DNA of 64,000 nucleotides from Halobacteriovoraceae bacterium (GCA_963719505.1 CAVRCF010000001.1:1223754-1287753), one strand, 5' to 3'. Counted from the first letter of the stretch, positions 40,984 through 50,426 are shown. The notes: generated by a model from the sequence alone, not told the origin. Numbers and translations are program-made.

Positions 40984-41435
40984 TATTCAAATTTCCCTTG
41001 TCTCAGTTTTCTTTCGACGTCTTTTTTAGCCGTGGCTTCTCTTTTGTCGTAGAGTTTTTTACCTTTTGCAGTCGCTATCTCTAGCTTTACTCGGCTTCCT
41101 TTAAAGTATATTTTTGTTGGTATCAAGGTTTGACCCTTTGTGGCAAGGTCTTTTTCAAGCTTCACTATTTCCTGTAAATTTAACAATAATTTTCTCTTTC
41201 GCGTCTCGTCATGATTGGCATAGGTTCCAAAGGTGTAGGGCGCAATCTTCAATTGGTGAATCCAGACTTCACTTTTTGAATCTATGGTGCAGTAGGCTTC
41301 AGTCATTGTGCACTTGCCTTCTCTGAGCGACTTTACTTCAGTTCCCTGAAGAACCATACCAGCTTCATAGGTCTCCTCTATAAAGTAGTCATATGTTGCT
41401 CTTTTATTTTTGGCGATCAGTTTTATTCCACTCAT
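40983..41435 (-). CDS. smpB: SsrA-binding protein
   Basis: NKRA.YDY.I...YEAGMVL.GTEVKSLR, R.RKLLL, KGKKLYDKRE. Confidence 0.97.
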   Translation of the reverse strand: MSGIKLIAKNKRATYDYFIEETYEAGMVLQGTEVKSLREGKCTMTEAYCTIDSKSEVWIHQLKIAPYTFGTYANHDETRKRKLLLNLQEIVKLEKDLATKGQTLIPTKIYFKGSRVKLEIATAKGKKLYDKREATAKKDVERKLRQGKFE

Positions 41436-41439
41436 GGCC

Positions 41440-42720
41440 TTATATTACCCAACTCAGGCCAATACTTAAAGCGTAAATCTCACCACCTACTTTGTAGTCA
41501 GGCGCACCAATCTTTTGACCCGCTTCGTTATTTTCTCTGTTGTCACTTTTGCTAACTTCCTGATCAAAGAGATGTTGCACCATGAAGGAGCTATCGAGGT
41601 AAAAATTTTGATCGAAAAAGTTTATTTTCATTCTCTTTCCAATTGAGAGACTTGCAAGATCAGAGTCTACTGAATTTCCTGAAGCTCCCTTTTTCAGCTT
41701 CAAGGGACTTTGTCTGTAAAATGCTCCAAGGCTAAAGGAATTGATCTGATAGGAGATTCTTGGGATGAAGATATTTCTTGTGGAAAAATTTTGATTATTG
41801 ATGGAGGAAACCAGCGTGCTGTTGCTATTGGCATTCAGCTTAAGTGTTGGAGATTCAAATCCATCCCAGTTTTGATATTCTAGAGTGAAACCAACAGGCC
41901 CCACTTTGTGACCGAGTCTTAAAATTTGAGGATCATAAAAAAGCAGAGAATTTATATCCCAGCTAAAATTTATTGGGCTTGTGCCCACTGGAGTGTAGCC
42001 TTGAGCTTCATTTTCTAATTTTGACTTCATTTCGTCTTGAAAAGAGAAAAACGATTTTCCATAGCGTGACTCTTTATACAAAGAAAAATTTAGGGCTGCT
42101 GAGGGCTTTGCATTAAACTGAACTTTTCCCGAGCTTGGTGTCGTGCTTCCGTTATCTTTAGCAACAATAAATGTTTCCCCATTGGATTGAAAACCACTCA
42201 TGATACCTATTGAGAAACTAAATGATGAGAGCTTTTGAGAGTAGGAGGCAAGCACTTGAGTTCGATTAAAGCGAGATTGATAAAGGACATATTCTGGACG
42301 ATAGGGATCACCAGTATCAGCCTCTAAAACTTTCTCCGTTGGAATAAAAACAGAGAGATTCAACTTCGCGGGAATGTTTTTAAAAATTTTAAAGCTTGCA
42401 TGAATAGCATGGTAAAGAGAAGACTCAATATTAGGGTTTAGGTCGCCGTATACCTCTGTTGATTGACCGCTATTAATAGGAGAGTCAACCACCACATCAT
42501 TGATCGCTTTAAAATCAGAAACAAGATAGAAGCTTGAATAAGATAAAGTCGTCCTGTCTTCATTCGATAGCACTGCAGGGGCGTAAAAGTTATTTGATGC
42601 GTCCGTTGGGTCAAGGCTTGCTTGCCCACCGAGTCCAATCGATCTTGAGCTTGCACCAAACTGTTCACCAAGACTTGCAAAAACGAAAGAGCTGGATAAA
42701 AGAAGAAGTATTAATCGCAT
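41440..42720 (-). CDS. Outer-membrane beta-barrel (FadL/OmpP1-like)
   Basis: Signal peptide; FGA.SRSIGLGG...DAS..FY.PA.L hatch motif; alternating C-terminal strand ending in SW.I. Confidence 0.7.
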   Translation of the reverse strand: MRLILLLLSSSFVFASLGEQFGASSRSIGLGGQASLDPTDASNNFYAPAVLSNEDRTTLSYSSFYLVSDFKAINDVVVDSPINSGQSTEVYGDLNPNIESSLYHAIHASFKIFKNIPAKLNLSVFIPTEKVLEADTGDPYRPEYVLYQSRFNRTQVLASYSQKLSSFSFSIGIMSGFQSNGETFIVAKDNGSTTPSSGKVQFNAKPSAALNFSLYKESRYGKSFFSFQDEMKSKLENEAQGYTPVGTSPINFSWDINSLLFYDPQILRLGHKVGPVGFTLEYQNWDGFESPTLKLNANSNSTLVSSINNQNFSTRNIFIPRISYQINSFSLGAFYRQSPLKLKKGASGNSVDSDLASLSIGKRMKINFFDQNFYLDSSFMVQHLFDQEVSKSDNRENNEAGQKIGAPDYKVGGEIYALSIGLSWVI

Positions 42721-43517
42721 ACTTGTCCAAATGATTGATAAAGAGTGTAAATATCTTTGAGTTCTAGCGCTTCAGCTCTTGTTGTTGCCGGAATCTTAGA
42801 TTGCTCAAAAATCTTCGCAACTTTGTCTTTATCTATCGACGTTTTCAAAACACTACCAAGTTGTTTTCTTTTCATCGAAAAACAAAGGCGAAGAAATTTT
42901 TCAAAAGATTTAAAGTTTTCAATTGAGACGATGGGATTTTCTTTTCTGGCATAGCTTACAACCACTGACTCTACTTTTGGTGGAGGTAGGAAAGCCCCTG
43001 GGTGAGCGAGTATAAGTTTTCTAGAATCAAAATAATTTTGTGATAAGGTGAGGAGGCTTCCCATTTGGTTTTTTGTACTTTCTCGAAAGTAAGTTTTCTC
43101 ACCGACTTCTTTTTGAAACATTAAAGTCATAAATTTAATTTGAGGAATCTTCAAAAATGATATGAAAAGCGCCGAACTCACATTGTATGGCAGATTTGAT
43201 ACGAGCCATATTTTTTTATTTGTTAATTGGCGACTCTGAATAAATTCGAACCAATCGAACTTTAAGGCATCTTCAAAAAACTGATTTTCAGGAGGAGTTA
43301 ATCCCTCCAGTAGTTCTTTAAAGCGTTCGTCTTTTTCTATAAAATAGAAAGGTTTCCCTTTAAGGCTTAGTTTGAGAGAGAGAATGGCCGGTCCAGGTCC
43401 GATTTCAATAATAACATCAGCTTCTTTTTCAAAGTTTGTCGTAATCTTTTCAATAATATTTTTATCTTTTAAAAAATGTTGGCCTAAATCTTTGTCAGCG
43501 CGAGGTAACTTTGCCAT
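42711..43517 (-). CDS. rsmA: 16S rRNA m6,2A1518/1519 dimethyltransferase
   Basis: LGQHFL, EIGPG, SNLPYNVSS, MFQKEV, F.PPPKVES, RAEAL. Confidence 0.96.
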   Translation of the reverse strand: MAKLPRADKDLGQHFLKDKNIIEKITTNFEKEADVIIEIGPGPAILSLKLSLKGKPFYFIEKDERFKELLEGLTPPENQFFEDALKFDWFEFIQSRQLTNKKIWLVSNLPYNVSSALFISFLKIPQIKFMTLMFQKEVGEKTYFRESTKNQMGSLLTLSQNYFDSRKLILAHPGAFLPPPKVESVVVSYARKENPIVSIENFKSFEKFLRLCFSMKRKQLGSVLKTSIDKDKVAKIFEQSKIPATTRAEALELKDIYTLYQSFGQVCD

Positions 43518-44554
43518 TAGTTAAATTCCTTTTTATCGAGAAATCTTCCTCTTGAATCGAGACTTAAAGACTCTGGAAAATCTATTTTTTGTTCAAATGT
43601 TCTCAGTGCATAGTTTGCTATCATCGCTGCGTTATCGGTACAAAACTCTGGTTTGACGAAAGCTGTGTTTTGATACTTTTCTTTAAACCTTCTCCTTATT
43701 TCACTATTGCATGCAACACCACCACCAAGAACGATACTAAAGTTTGAGATATTATAATCAGCTTTAATTTTCTTTATAGCGTAACGAGTTTTTAGTAGCA
43801 GGGCCTCTACGATGGCTTTTTGGTAAGATGCACATAAGTCTGGATTTGGTTTTTCAATAATGGAAGGTTGCTTTTCAATTTGTACTCTTAGTGCGGTTTT
43901 CAATCCAGAAAAACTAAATCGGCAATCTGCACTTGATTTCAGACCAATGGGAAACGTGAAGGCATTAGCATCACCTGTTGAGGCCATCTGATCTATTAAG
44001 CGTCCCGCTGGGTAGCCTAAATTCATCAGTTTCCCGCCTTTATCAAATGCCTCTCCAGCTGCATCATCAATGGTGCTTCCGATGACTTTAAAATCATTGG
44101 GAGTTGTTACCCACAAGAATGCTGTGTGTCCGCCGGATATGAGAAGGCCTAGATAAGGGTAGTTAACTTCTTGATCGAGATGAACCGCTTCAAGGTGTGC
44201 GAATAAGTGGTTAACGGCACGAATGGGTTTTTGATACATAAGACTTAGAGTCTTAGCACTATTGAGACCCGTCAAAAGTGGACCGAGTAATCCTGGAGTC
44301 GTCGTTACGCCGATGAGATCTATATCAGAAGGTTTAAGATTTGCTTGCTCAAATGAGCTTTTGAGAAGAGGGACTAGTTTTTCTAAATGATTTCTCGCCG
44401 CGATTTCAGGAACAACTCCGCCCCAACTTTTGAGAATTTCTTCTTGAGTAAAGCTTTTGTGGGCCAAAATCGTGGGAAATTTTCCAGACTCAGTGAGTAT
44501 ACAAATTGAAGTATCGTCACAGCTGGTCTCGATACCTAAAACTGTTTTCATCAC
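43517..44554 (-). CDS. tsaD: tRNA N6-threonylcarbamoyltransferase TsaD
   Basis: LGIETSCDDT, GGVVPEIAARNH, HL.AH, SGGHT, DDAAGEAFDK, CTDNAAMI. Confidence 0.96.
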   Translation of the reverse strand: MMKTVLGIETSCDDTSICILTESGKFPTILAHKSFTQEEILKSWGGVVPEIAARNHLEKLVPLLKSSFEQANLKPSDIDLIGVTTTPGLLGPLLTGLNSAKTLSLMYQKPIRAVNHLFAHLEAVHLDQEVNYPYLGLLISGGHTAFLWVTTPNDFKVIGSTIDDAAGEAFDKGGKLMNLGYPAGRLIDQMASTGDANAFTFPIGLKSSADCRFSFSGLKTALRVQIEKQPSIIEKPNPDLCASYQKAIVEALLLKTRYAIKKIKADYNISNFSIVLGGGVACNSEIRRRFKEKYQNTAFVKPEFCTDNAAMIANYALRTFEQKIDFPESLSLDSRGRFLDKKEFN

Positions 44555-44558
44555 ATTT

Positions 44559-46133
44559 CTATTCTTGTCTCTTAGGACAGGCTATTTTCTTTATAATTCC
44601 AGAAACATACGCTTGATCTACAGAAGTGGCAATGCCTTTGTCATTTTTATTGTACCACTCAGGACTCTGATCACTGGTGTGACATTTTAAACACTTATCC
44701 TGATAGTTTGCCGTCTTTTTTGGTACATCTTCCATTTCGAATGGATGATCGTGGGCTTTATCATGGCAGTTGAGGCACTGAACATTCGCAAAGTTGTGTT
44801 TTACTTCGAATTTTTTATCCAGAGCGAGATATTTCTTAGAGTATTTGAGCCGCTCTTTGTCGGAGAGCTTCCTTACAGATTTTATATCTTGGAAAGTCGT
44901 TTTAAACTCACTCCAATACTTATTGAGTTTTTTATCACTTATAACCATTCCATCAATATTTTGGAATCCCTTGAGATCTTTGTAATTGAGGCTATGGCAA
45001 CCTATACAGTTTGGATTGTTAGCGGCTTTGGCATGATCCAAAGTAATGAAGGCCAAAGAGTGTGAAGTCTTTTGCCAAAATTCTCCTTGTTGTGTGTGAC
45101 ACTCGATACAACTTGCAGCTGTATTAGCAGGAGTCATTGAAGTATCACCCCCTAGAAGTTTTTGTTCTTCCAGTTGAATGGAGTCAAGTGAGGTTTTATA
45201 TCGATCGAGCCATGAGATCATTGGATTTTCTTTCATTTTCTTAGCGAGCTCATCTCTTATTTCAATAACTGAAAATTTGTCTTCTTTTTCTTTTAGTGTG
45301 GGAATCTCTATCTTTCCTAGGTAATGATTTCGAGAAAGAACTTGAACAATCTTTGTTTCTTTTACATCTACAGTCATCTGAGTAAATGCTTGGCTGTGAG
45401 CTCCAATAATCCAATCTAGCTGAGGAAATTTTTCTGCGAGTCTTTTATCTTCTTCCATTCCACTATGGCTGAGGAGAATAATTTTTACATTTTTTAGATC
45501 TCCAACTTTCTTTTTAATACTATCAAGAGTTGACTGAATCGATTGGTCCACGTCAATAAAGTAGGTTTGATATTGGGGAAGAAGAAGATTTCTATTTATT
45601 ACTCCCATAAAGACGATCGATTGTGTTCCAAACTTCTTTAAGGCAAAGGGCTCAGATTTAATGATTTTATTATCTCTTATATTTGAGATGATAAATTTAA
45701 ATTTATGTTTTTTTGAAATTTCACCTAAGAATTCAATGCCATTGGCAAAGTCTTGGTCACCAGGGGTAAAAAATTCTAGACCATTCATGTCGAAACTTTC
45801 AGCAATCTTTTTAGCAGTAAATAATTGAGATTTCTCTAAAAGCTTGGGAACTTTAGTACTGGGAAATAGTGCATCTCCGGAATCGACATAGATTGTAGGG
45901 GCTTCTTCTGACTGTGCATGGAGAGCTCCTTTAACTTGAGGAAGACCACCGAGGGGAAAGTTCCGACATCCACATGGATGAGTTTCACCATTAATATTGT
46001 GAGAAAAAATAAGATTTAAATGATCACTTTTTGATTTCGTATCGATGACATCATAGTAGTTTTCATCTGTCGACTGAACAAACCTCGAGCAAGAGCTTAA
46101 CAGGATCAGACAACAGATGAGAGCTTTAAGCAT
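44559..46133 (-). CDS. Lipoprotein: UshA/5'-nucleotidase-like domain fused to a four-heme c-type cytochrome
   Basis: Lipobox LSSC; PCGC, VDSGD, LSH, GAHS; four CxxCH motifs (CIECH, CIGCH, CLNCH, CLKCH). Confidence 0.82.
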   Translation of the reverse strand: MLKALICCLILLSSCSRFVQSTDENYYDVIDTKSKSDHLNLIFSHNINGETHPCGCRNFPLGGLPQVKGALHAQSEEAPTIYVDSGDALFPSTKVPKLLEKSQLFTAKKIAESFDMNGLEFFTPGDQDFANGIEFLGEISKKHKFKFIISNIRDNKIIKSEPFALKKFGTQSIVFMGVINRNLLLPQYQTYFIDVDQSIQSTLDSIKKKVGDLKNVKIILLSHSGMEEDKRLAEKFPQLDWIIGAHSQAFTQMTVDVKETKIVQVLSRNHYLGKIEIPTLKEKEDKFSVIEIRDELAKKMKENPMISWLDRYKTSLDSIQLEEQKLLGGDTSMTPANTAASCIECHTQQGEFWQKTSHSLAFITLDHAKAANNPNCIGCHSLNYKDLKGFQNIDGMVISDKKLNKYWSEFKTTFQDIKSVRKLSDKERLKYSKKYLALDKKFEVKHNFANVQCLNCHDKAHDHPFEMEDVPKKTANYQDKCLKCHTSDQSPEWYNKNDKGIATSVDQAYVSGIIKKIACPKRQE

Positions 46134-46906
46134 TACATCTTCTCACTTTTTGCTTTTTTAGCTTCTGAGCTTTTAGGGTAGTTTTGAATAATTTCATCGT
46201 AAGATGCATTGGCTTCAGCCTTCTTGTTTTGTTTTTTAAAGGTTCGAGCAATTTGGATAAGGGCTCTTGGTGCCCAAGATGATTTTGGCCACTTGGTATA
46301 GATAGAGCTGAAGTAAGAGAGGGCATCGTCATACTTTTTGTTCCAATAGCTTAAGAGTCCAAGGTTATATCGGACGTGGTTCTTTTGGCGATTGTTGATT
46401 TTTCCTTCAGCTAAAACTTGCTCGTAAAGCTTTAAAGCTTCGTTTTGATCATTTTTTTCAAAGGCTTTATGAGCCTGTTGAATTTTAGTCATTGAGCTTG
46501 AGCTCGATTTATCTGATCCTGCGATCTTTGATAGAGTGCCTGTGAGTTTTGAAACATATTTCTTTTGAGATTCAAGATCATTTTTAAGAGCGTCAATTTC
46601 TGCTTTATTTTGAGAATTTTCTTTATTCAAGATACTGACCTGTTCAGACAGTGACGCAATTGTTTGAGAAAGAGTCTTAGTCGTTTCTTGGTTGCTTGTG
46701 GTCGCTTTATAATCTATCTCTTCAATCTGTCCAGATGTGCTGGCCAATTTATTTTGAAGTTCATTTATTTTCATCTGGAGTTCAGCTGTGAGACTGGCAG
46801 ATTGGCTGATCATTTCATCAACTTTTTTTTCTCTTCGAATTTCTTCTGCAGTTTTAAAACAAGATGTAAATAAGAGTGATAGAGAGAGGAGTGTGAGGAG
46901 TTTCAA
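46133..46906 (-). CDS. cpoB: CpoB/YbgF-like TPR lipoprotein (Tol-Pal associated)
   Basis: Lipobox, coiled coil, three TPRs ending YPKS.EA..A; downstream of pal. Confidence 0.8.
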   Translation of the reverse strand: MKLLTLLSLSLLFTSCFKTAEEIRREKKVDEMISQSASLTAELQMKINELQNKLASTSGQIEEIDYKATTSNQETTKTLSQTIASLSEQVSILNKENSQNKAEIDALKNDLESQKKYVSKLTGTLSKIAGSDKSSSSSMTKIQQAHKAFEKNDQNEALKLYEQVLAEGKINNRQKNHVRYNLGLLSYWNKKYDDALSYFSSIYTKWPKSSWAPRALIQIARTFKKQNKKAEANASYDEIIQNYPKSSEAKKAKSEKM

Positions 46907-46920
46907 GATGTCTTCCTTAT

Positions 46921-47217
46921 TTATTCGTTGAGAAGAGCCTTTTTAACGGCTTCGTATTCTGCTTGCTCTGAAAACTTTTTACAAAGTAGAGCATAGCTTT
47001 TTGCTTTATTAAAATATTTTCGTCTATAAGCGGACTTCGCTTTTAAGTAATAAATTTCGGCTTTTCGGTATGAACCAGCTGCATAAACTTCAGCTTTTGA
47101 CTCTTTAGCGGCCAAGAAAGCTGCTTGAGCATAGCTCATATCGAGTTTGGGACGAGTGGTCGCTAAACCACAAGCCCCAAAAACAAAACATAAAATTAAT
47201 AAAATTTTATTTATCAT
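46921..47217 (-). CDS. DUF4398-like lipoprotein
   Basis: Lipobox FGAC; P..DMS.A.AA..AAKE..A..YA...Y.KA helical pattern; next to pal. Confidence 0.7.
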   Translation of the reverse strand: MINKILLILCFVFGACGLATTRPKLDMSYAQAAFLAAKESKAEVYAAGSYRKAEIYYLKAKSAYRRKYFNKAKSYALLCKKFSEQAEYEAVKKALLNE

Positions 47218-47228
47218 TAAACGTTATA

Positions 47229-47744
47229 TTATTTTGCAGTAATCATGAAAACAGCTCTTCTGTTTCTTGACCATGACTCTTCGTCGTGACCAAAAGCAGC
47301 TGGTTTTTCTTTACCATAAGAGATGATTGAAACTCTTGCTTCGTTTACGCCAAGAGCAACTAAATAATCTTTTACAGATCTTGCTCTTCTTTCACCTAGA
47401 GCTAAGTTATATTGATGTCCACCTCTTTCATCAGTGTGACCTTCAACTTGAATATCAACTTGAGTATTTTCTTTGAGAAAATTAGCTGCATCTTCTAAAG
47501 TTGTTCTTGCTGCACTTGAAAGTGAAGAAGAATCGTAGTCGAAGTAAATTGTTCTTAGTGGACCAGCAGTGTTTTCGTCACTTGTTCCATTAAGTTCAAG
47601 TGCATAGCTTTGAGCAGCGTCATCAACTAATGAGTCTGATGAACCAGATCCATCTTCTTTTGCTGGGTCAGTTGCACAACCAATGAATGCAAGTGAAGCG
47701 ATTAATAGTAGAGTAGAAAGAGCATTTCTTTTTAAAGTTTTCAT
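47229..47744 (-). CDS. pal: Peptidoglycan-associated lipoprotein Pal
   Basis: Lipobox FIGC; IYFDYDS, VEGHTDERG...YNLALGERRA, SYGKEKP, NRRA. Confidence 0.95.
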   Translation of the reverse strand: MKTLKRNALSTLLLIASLAFIGCATDPAKEDGSGSSDSLVDDAAQSYALELNGTSDENTAGPLRTIYFDYDSSSLSSAARTTLEDAANFLKENTQVDIQVEGHTDERGGHQYNLALGERRARSVKDYLVALGVNEARVSIISYGKEKPAAFGHDEESWSRNRRAVFMITAK

Positions 47745-47985
47745 GTTTCAAAATCCTTTTTTGTTATTAAAACTTTGTCATTAATATTTCGAGTTTAATA
47801 TTATCGCATACTTGTCAGTATTCAAACCTTTAAAAGTTTGGAAAAAGGTGTAGGTTTAAACAAAAGATTGATCTCTTCTTTTTGCGTTGCGTTCTCTGAC
47901 ACCTCGATAACAAAAGAATGACGCTTTATAAATCATCATTTATGTAATTCTATTGGCTTAGCCTTATAATTCTTTTTGAAATAGT

Positions 47986-48001
47986 TGGCACAGTACTTGC
48001 T
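47986..48001 (+). promoter_or_regulatory. Sigma54 (RpoN) -24/-12 promoter
   Basis: TGGCAC-AGTAC-TTGCT, an exact match to TGGCAC-N5-TTGCW. Confidence 0.8.
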
Positions 48002-48011
48002 TATACATAGG

Positions 48012-48107
48012 TGTGTGTGTGTTGGGGTTATAGAAAAAGGATTTTTTTATAACTTCTCCTTATGTCTCTCGAATAAAAAAGCTCGTCTTCCCTGACGGGC
48101 TTTTTTT
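48012..48107 (+). ncRNA. Candidate sigma54-dependent small RNA (~95 nt)
   Basis: Runs from the predicted +1 to an intrinsic terminator; 15-bp internal hairpin with GGA loop; G-U pairs form only on the + strand; no plausible ORF. Confidence 0.65.
48075..48107 (+). terminator. Intrinsic terminator (may also serve the convergent arginase-family gene)
   Basis: AAAAAA-GCTCGTC-TTCCCT-GACGGGC-TTTTTTT. Confidence 0.85.
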
Positions 48108-48126
48108 ATGCCAAAATTCCTAAATA

Positions 48127-48984
48127 CTAATCTAACCAGTGATAAATTAAATGAGCAAGTGTCTTAGCGCCTTGATTAGAAAGGTCATCGTATTTAGGAT
48201 TGTATTCATAAATACCAAAAGCTTTTTTGCATTTCAGTTTTTTTACTTGATCAATAACATCAAAAACTTCCTTTAATCTTACTCCCTTTGAATTGACAGC
48301 ACTTACAGCCCTCATGATTGAACTATCCAGTCCATCAGCATCCAAGCTTAAAAGCACTAATGATTCATCGTTATCGTACTCATGCAGGTCAAGTTCAAGA
48401 TCATCACCTTGAAAAACAATTCTTTGTTTCACTTTTTTTAAGGGGGATAGAGTGCTTTCACTGTTGGCGTATTTGTGAATTCCAAACTGAATAAGTGTTG
48501 TTTGAAGGGCGCAGTCTTCATCAAAGTTTCTAAACGGAGTCCCTGAATGATGAGAAGAATCTATGCGGGTGTCACAATGAGCATCTATATTTATAATGAG
48601 AATTCTTTTGATGTTTTTTAATTTTTGCAAAGAAAGTAAAAGAGGATAAACATGATCGTGTCCACCACCGATGTGAATTAGGTGTTCACAATGGTCAGGC
48701 AAACTTCTTTTTATTTTCTTTGCCTCTTCTTTTTGATTCTCTTCAAAGCTATCTGTAACAGGTGAACTCACCTCGATTTTCCTTATGCCTGTCACTTTAC
48801 TGAGGTGGTTGTTCATTTTAAAAAAGTGAAAACAAAGAGCGCTTGGTCCAAACCTTGCACCGTCTCGACCATTATTGAGTCTCACACCAATATCTGTTGA
48901 AGAGGTTAAGATCATTGTGTTAAAGCTTTCGTCTTCTACTACTTTAGCTCCTACTGATACCAGTTTTCGATTTTCATTTTTCAT
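48127..48984 (-). CDS. Arginase/formimidoylglutamase (HutG-like) family protein
   Basis: D.GV..N.GR.GA..GP, GGGHD, NIDAHCD, SGTPF, SLD.D, E.NP.YD. Confidence 0.85.
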   Translation of the reverse strand: MKNENRKLVSVGAKVVEDESFNTMILTSSTDIGVRLNNGRDGARFGPSALCFHFFKMNNHLSKVTGIRKIEVSSPVTDSFEENQKEEAKKIKRSLPDHCEHLIHIGGGHDHVYPLLLSLQKLKNIKRILIINIDAHCDTRIDSSHHSGTPFRNFDEDCALQTTLIQFGIHKYANSESTLSPLKKVKQRIVFQGDDLELDLHEYDNDESLVLLSLDADGLDSSIMRAVSAVNSKGVRLKEVFDVIDQVKKLKCKKAFGIYEYNPKYDDLSNQGAKTLAHLIYHWLD

Positions 48985-49019
48985 TGTCGATTATCCTTAA
49001 TTGAGTAATACTAGTTTAC

Positions 49020-50426
49020 ATGGAAAAGCAGTGGTTTGTAATAAGGAATGAAAAGCATGTAGGTCCCTATGACTTAGAGTCTTTAGAGGAGATGCATCTC
49101 AACGGAAAAGTTGAGCTCGACACTCTCGTTTGGAAAGAGGGACTTGATGCGCCTAAAACTTATGGTGAACTATTATTTGATCTCACTAATGTCCCAGAGC
49201 TTCCGCCTCCTATTCCTTTAGAGGCAATAAAGAACTCTCATCCAGATCAAAAAGATGACATTGAGCCGATGTCTGTTTTGGAAATCTTTGAAGAAAAAGA
49301 GCTCACTGAGTCAGAACAAATTCAAGAAGAACTTGATCCAGATATTGAGGACGAAGTAGAGGAAGACCTTGAGGAAGACCTTGAGGAAGACCTTGAGGAA
49401 GACCTCGAGGAAGATAATGAGCAGGTGGTGCCTGTAAAAAATAAAAAAGACTTTATTAAGCCAGCTTTTCTTCTTTTAGCAACAATCGCTATTTCAGTTT
49501 GTTTTCTCTTTTTTCCGCTAAAAAAAATGAATGACGTCTCTAGACCATCTCAAATGAAGCTTTCAGACTTTAATTCATTGGTCTCCCTAACGGCAAAAGA
49601 AGGAGCTACCAGCTTCGAATTTTATCTATCAAAAAACCGCTCAATACTATGGCTTGGAACGAATAACCCTTATGAAGGGGAAGTCGTTTTAAAATTTTCA
49701 ACTTTGTATGGAAGGCACCTTGGCGAAGTGGAAGTCGAAGCAACATCATATGGTAAACTTGAAAATCATATCGCGACTTTTGAGAACATGACCTTTAATA
49801 AAGGAGAAAAAATAGTAGAAGGCTTTTATAAAATTGAAGTTCACACTCCAAAACCCCTTCAGGTTCCCTTCATCGCTAAGTTTTCAGCCGACAAGAAACG
49901 TAATATTGATTTTAAAGATATCCGCTACTTAGGTTTGTTAAAAATGGATAAGTTTGAAAATGCATTGAGAATAAAGAATAAGAAAGAGCAAACAAACGAA
50001 AAAAAGTTTTGGGAAGAGCTCAGAGAAAAATATTTAACTATTAAAATGATTACCATTCAAATTCAAATGGCCATGAATGATATTTTCAAAGAAAATGATA
50101 AGTCTTGGAAAGAGAAGGTGGCCATCTTTGAAAATGAATACAAAGCTAAATACGGAGATTTTTTCACAAGTTTTGTTTTGGCAAATGAAAAAAATTACTC
50201 TGAACTGGAACAAAAAGATTTCCCAGACAAATTAGAAGTCATTTCAAATTATGCTCGACTGAGTCGAATCGCAAAAGCCATTGGGACAAGCACAATGGAC
50301 TCTCTCAACCTTTTTGAAAGCACTGATAAAGGTGCTGACCTCGAAGAGGAAGTAAAGAATAAGTTCCAGGGAATTATCGACCTCTGCGATCAAAAAATGC
50401 AAATGATCAACTCGACAAAACTTTAA
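49020..50426 (+). CDS. GYF_2 (DUF4339) domain membrane protein with acidic linker
   Basis: WF......VGPY....L.......TLVWKEG N-terminal domain, PPP/acidic linker, one TM helix, large C-terminal domain. Confidence 0.78.
   Translation: MEKQWFVIRNEKHVGPYDLESLEEMHLNGKVELDTLVWKEGLDAPKTYGELLFDLTNVPELPPPIPLEAIKNSHPDQKDDIEPMSVLEIFEEKELTESEQIQEELDPDIEDEVEEDLEEDLEEDLEEDLEEDNEQVVPVKNKKDFIKPAFLLLATIAISVCFLFFPLKKMNDVSRPSQMKLSDFNSLVSLTAKEGATSFEFYLSKNRSILWLGTNNPYEGEVVLKFSTLYGRHLGEVEVEATSYGKLENHIATFENMTFNKGEKIVEGFYKIEVHTPKPLQVPFIAKFSADKKRNIDFKDIRYLGLLKMDKFENALRIKNKKEQTNEKKFWEELREKYLTIKMITIQIQMAMNDIFKENDKSWKEKVAIFENEYKAKYGDFFTSFVLANEKNYSELEQKDFPDKLEVISNYARLSRIAKAIGTSTMDSLNLFESTDKGADLEEEVKNKFQGIIDLCDQKMQMINSTKL
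49359..49414 (+). repeat. 12-bp coding tandem repeat (GAGGAAGACCTT) x~4.7, encoding EEDL
   Basis: Three perfect copies, one with a single substitution, and a partial copy. Confidence 0.92.

Noticed and set aside
48011-48022. (GT)6 run as a phase-variation microsatellite
   Set aside because: It is short and lies at the predicted +1 of the sigma54 transcript, so it is better explained as the sRNA 5' segment.
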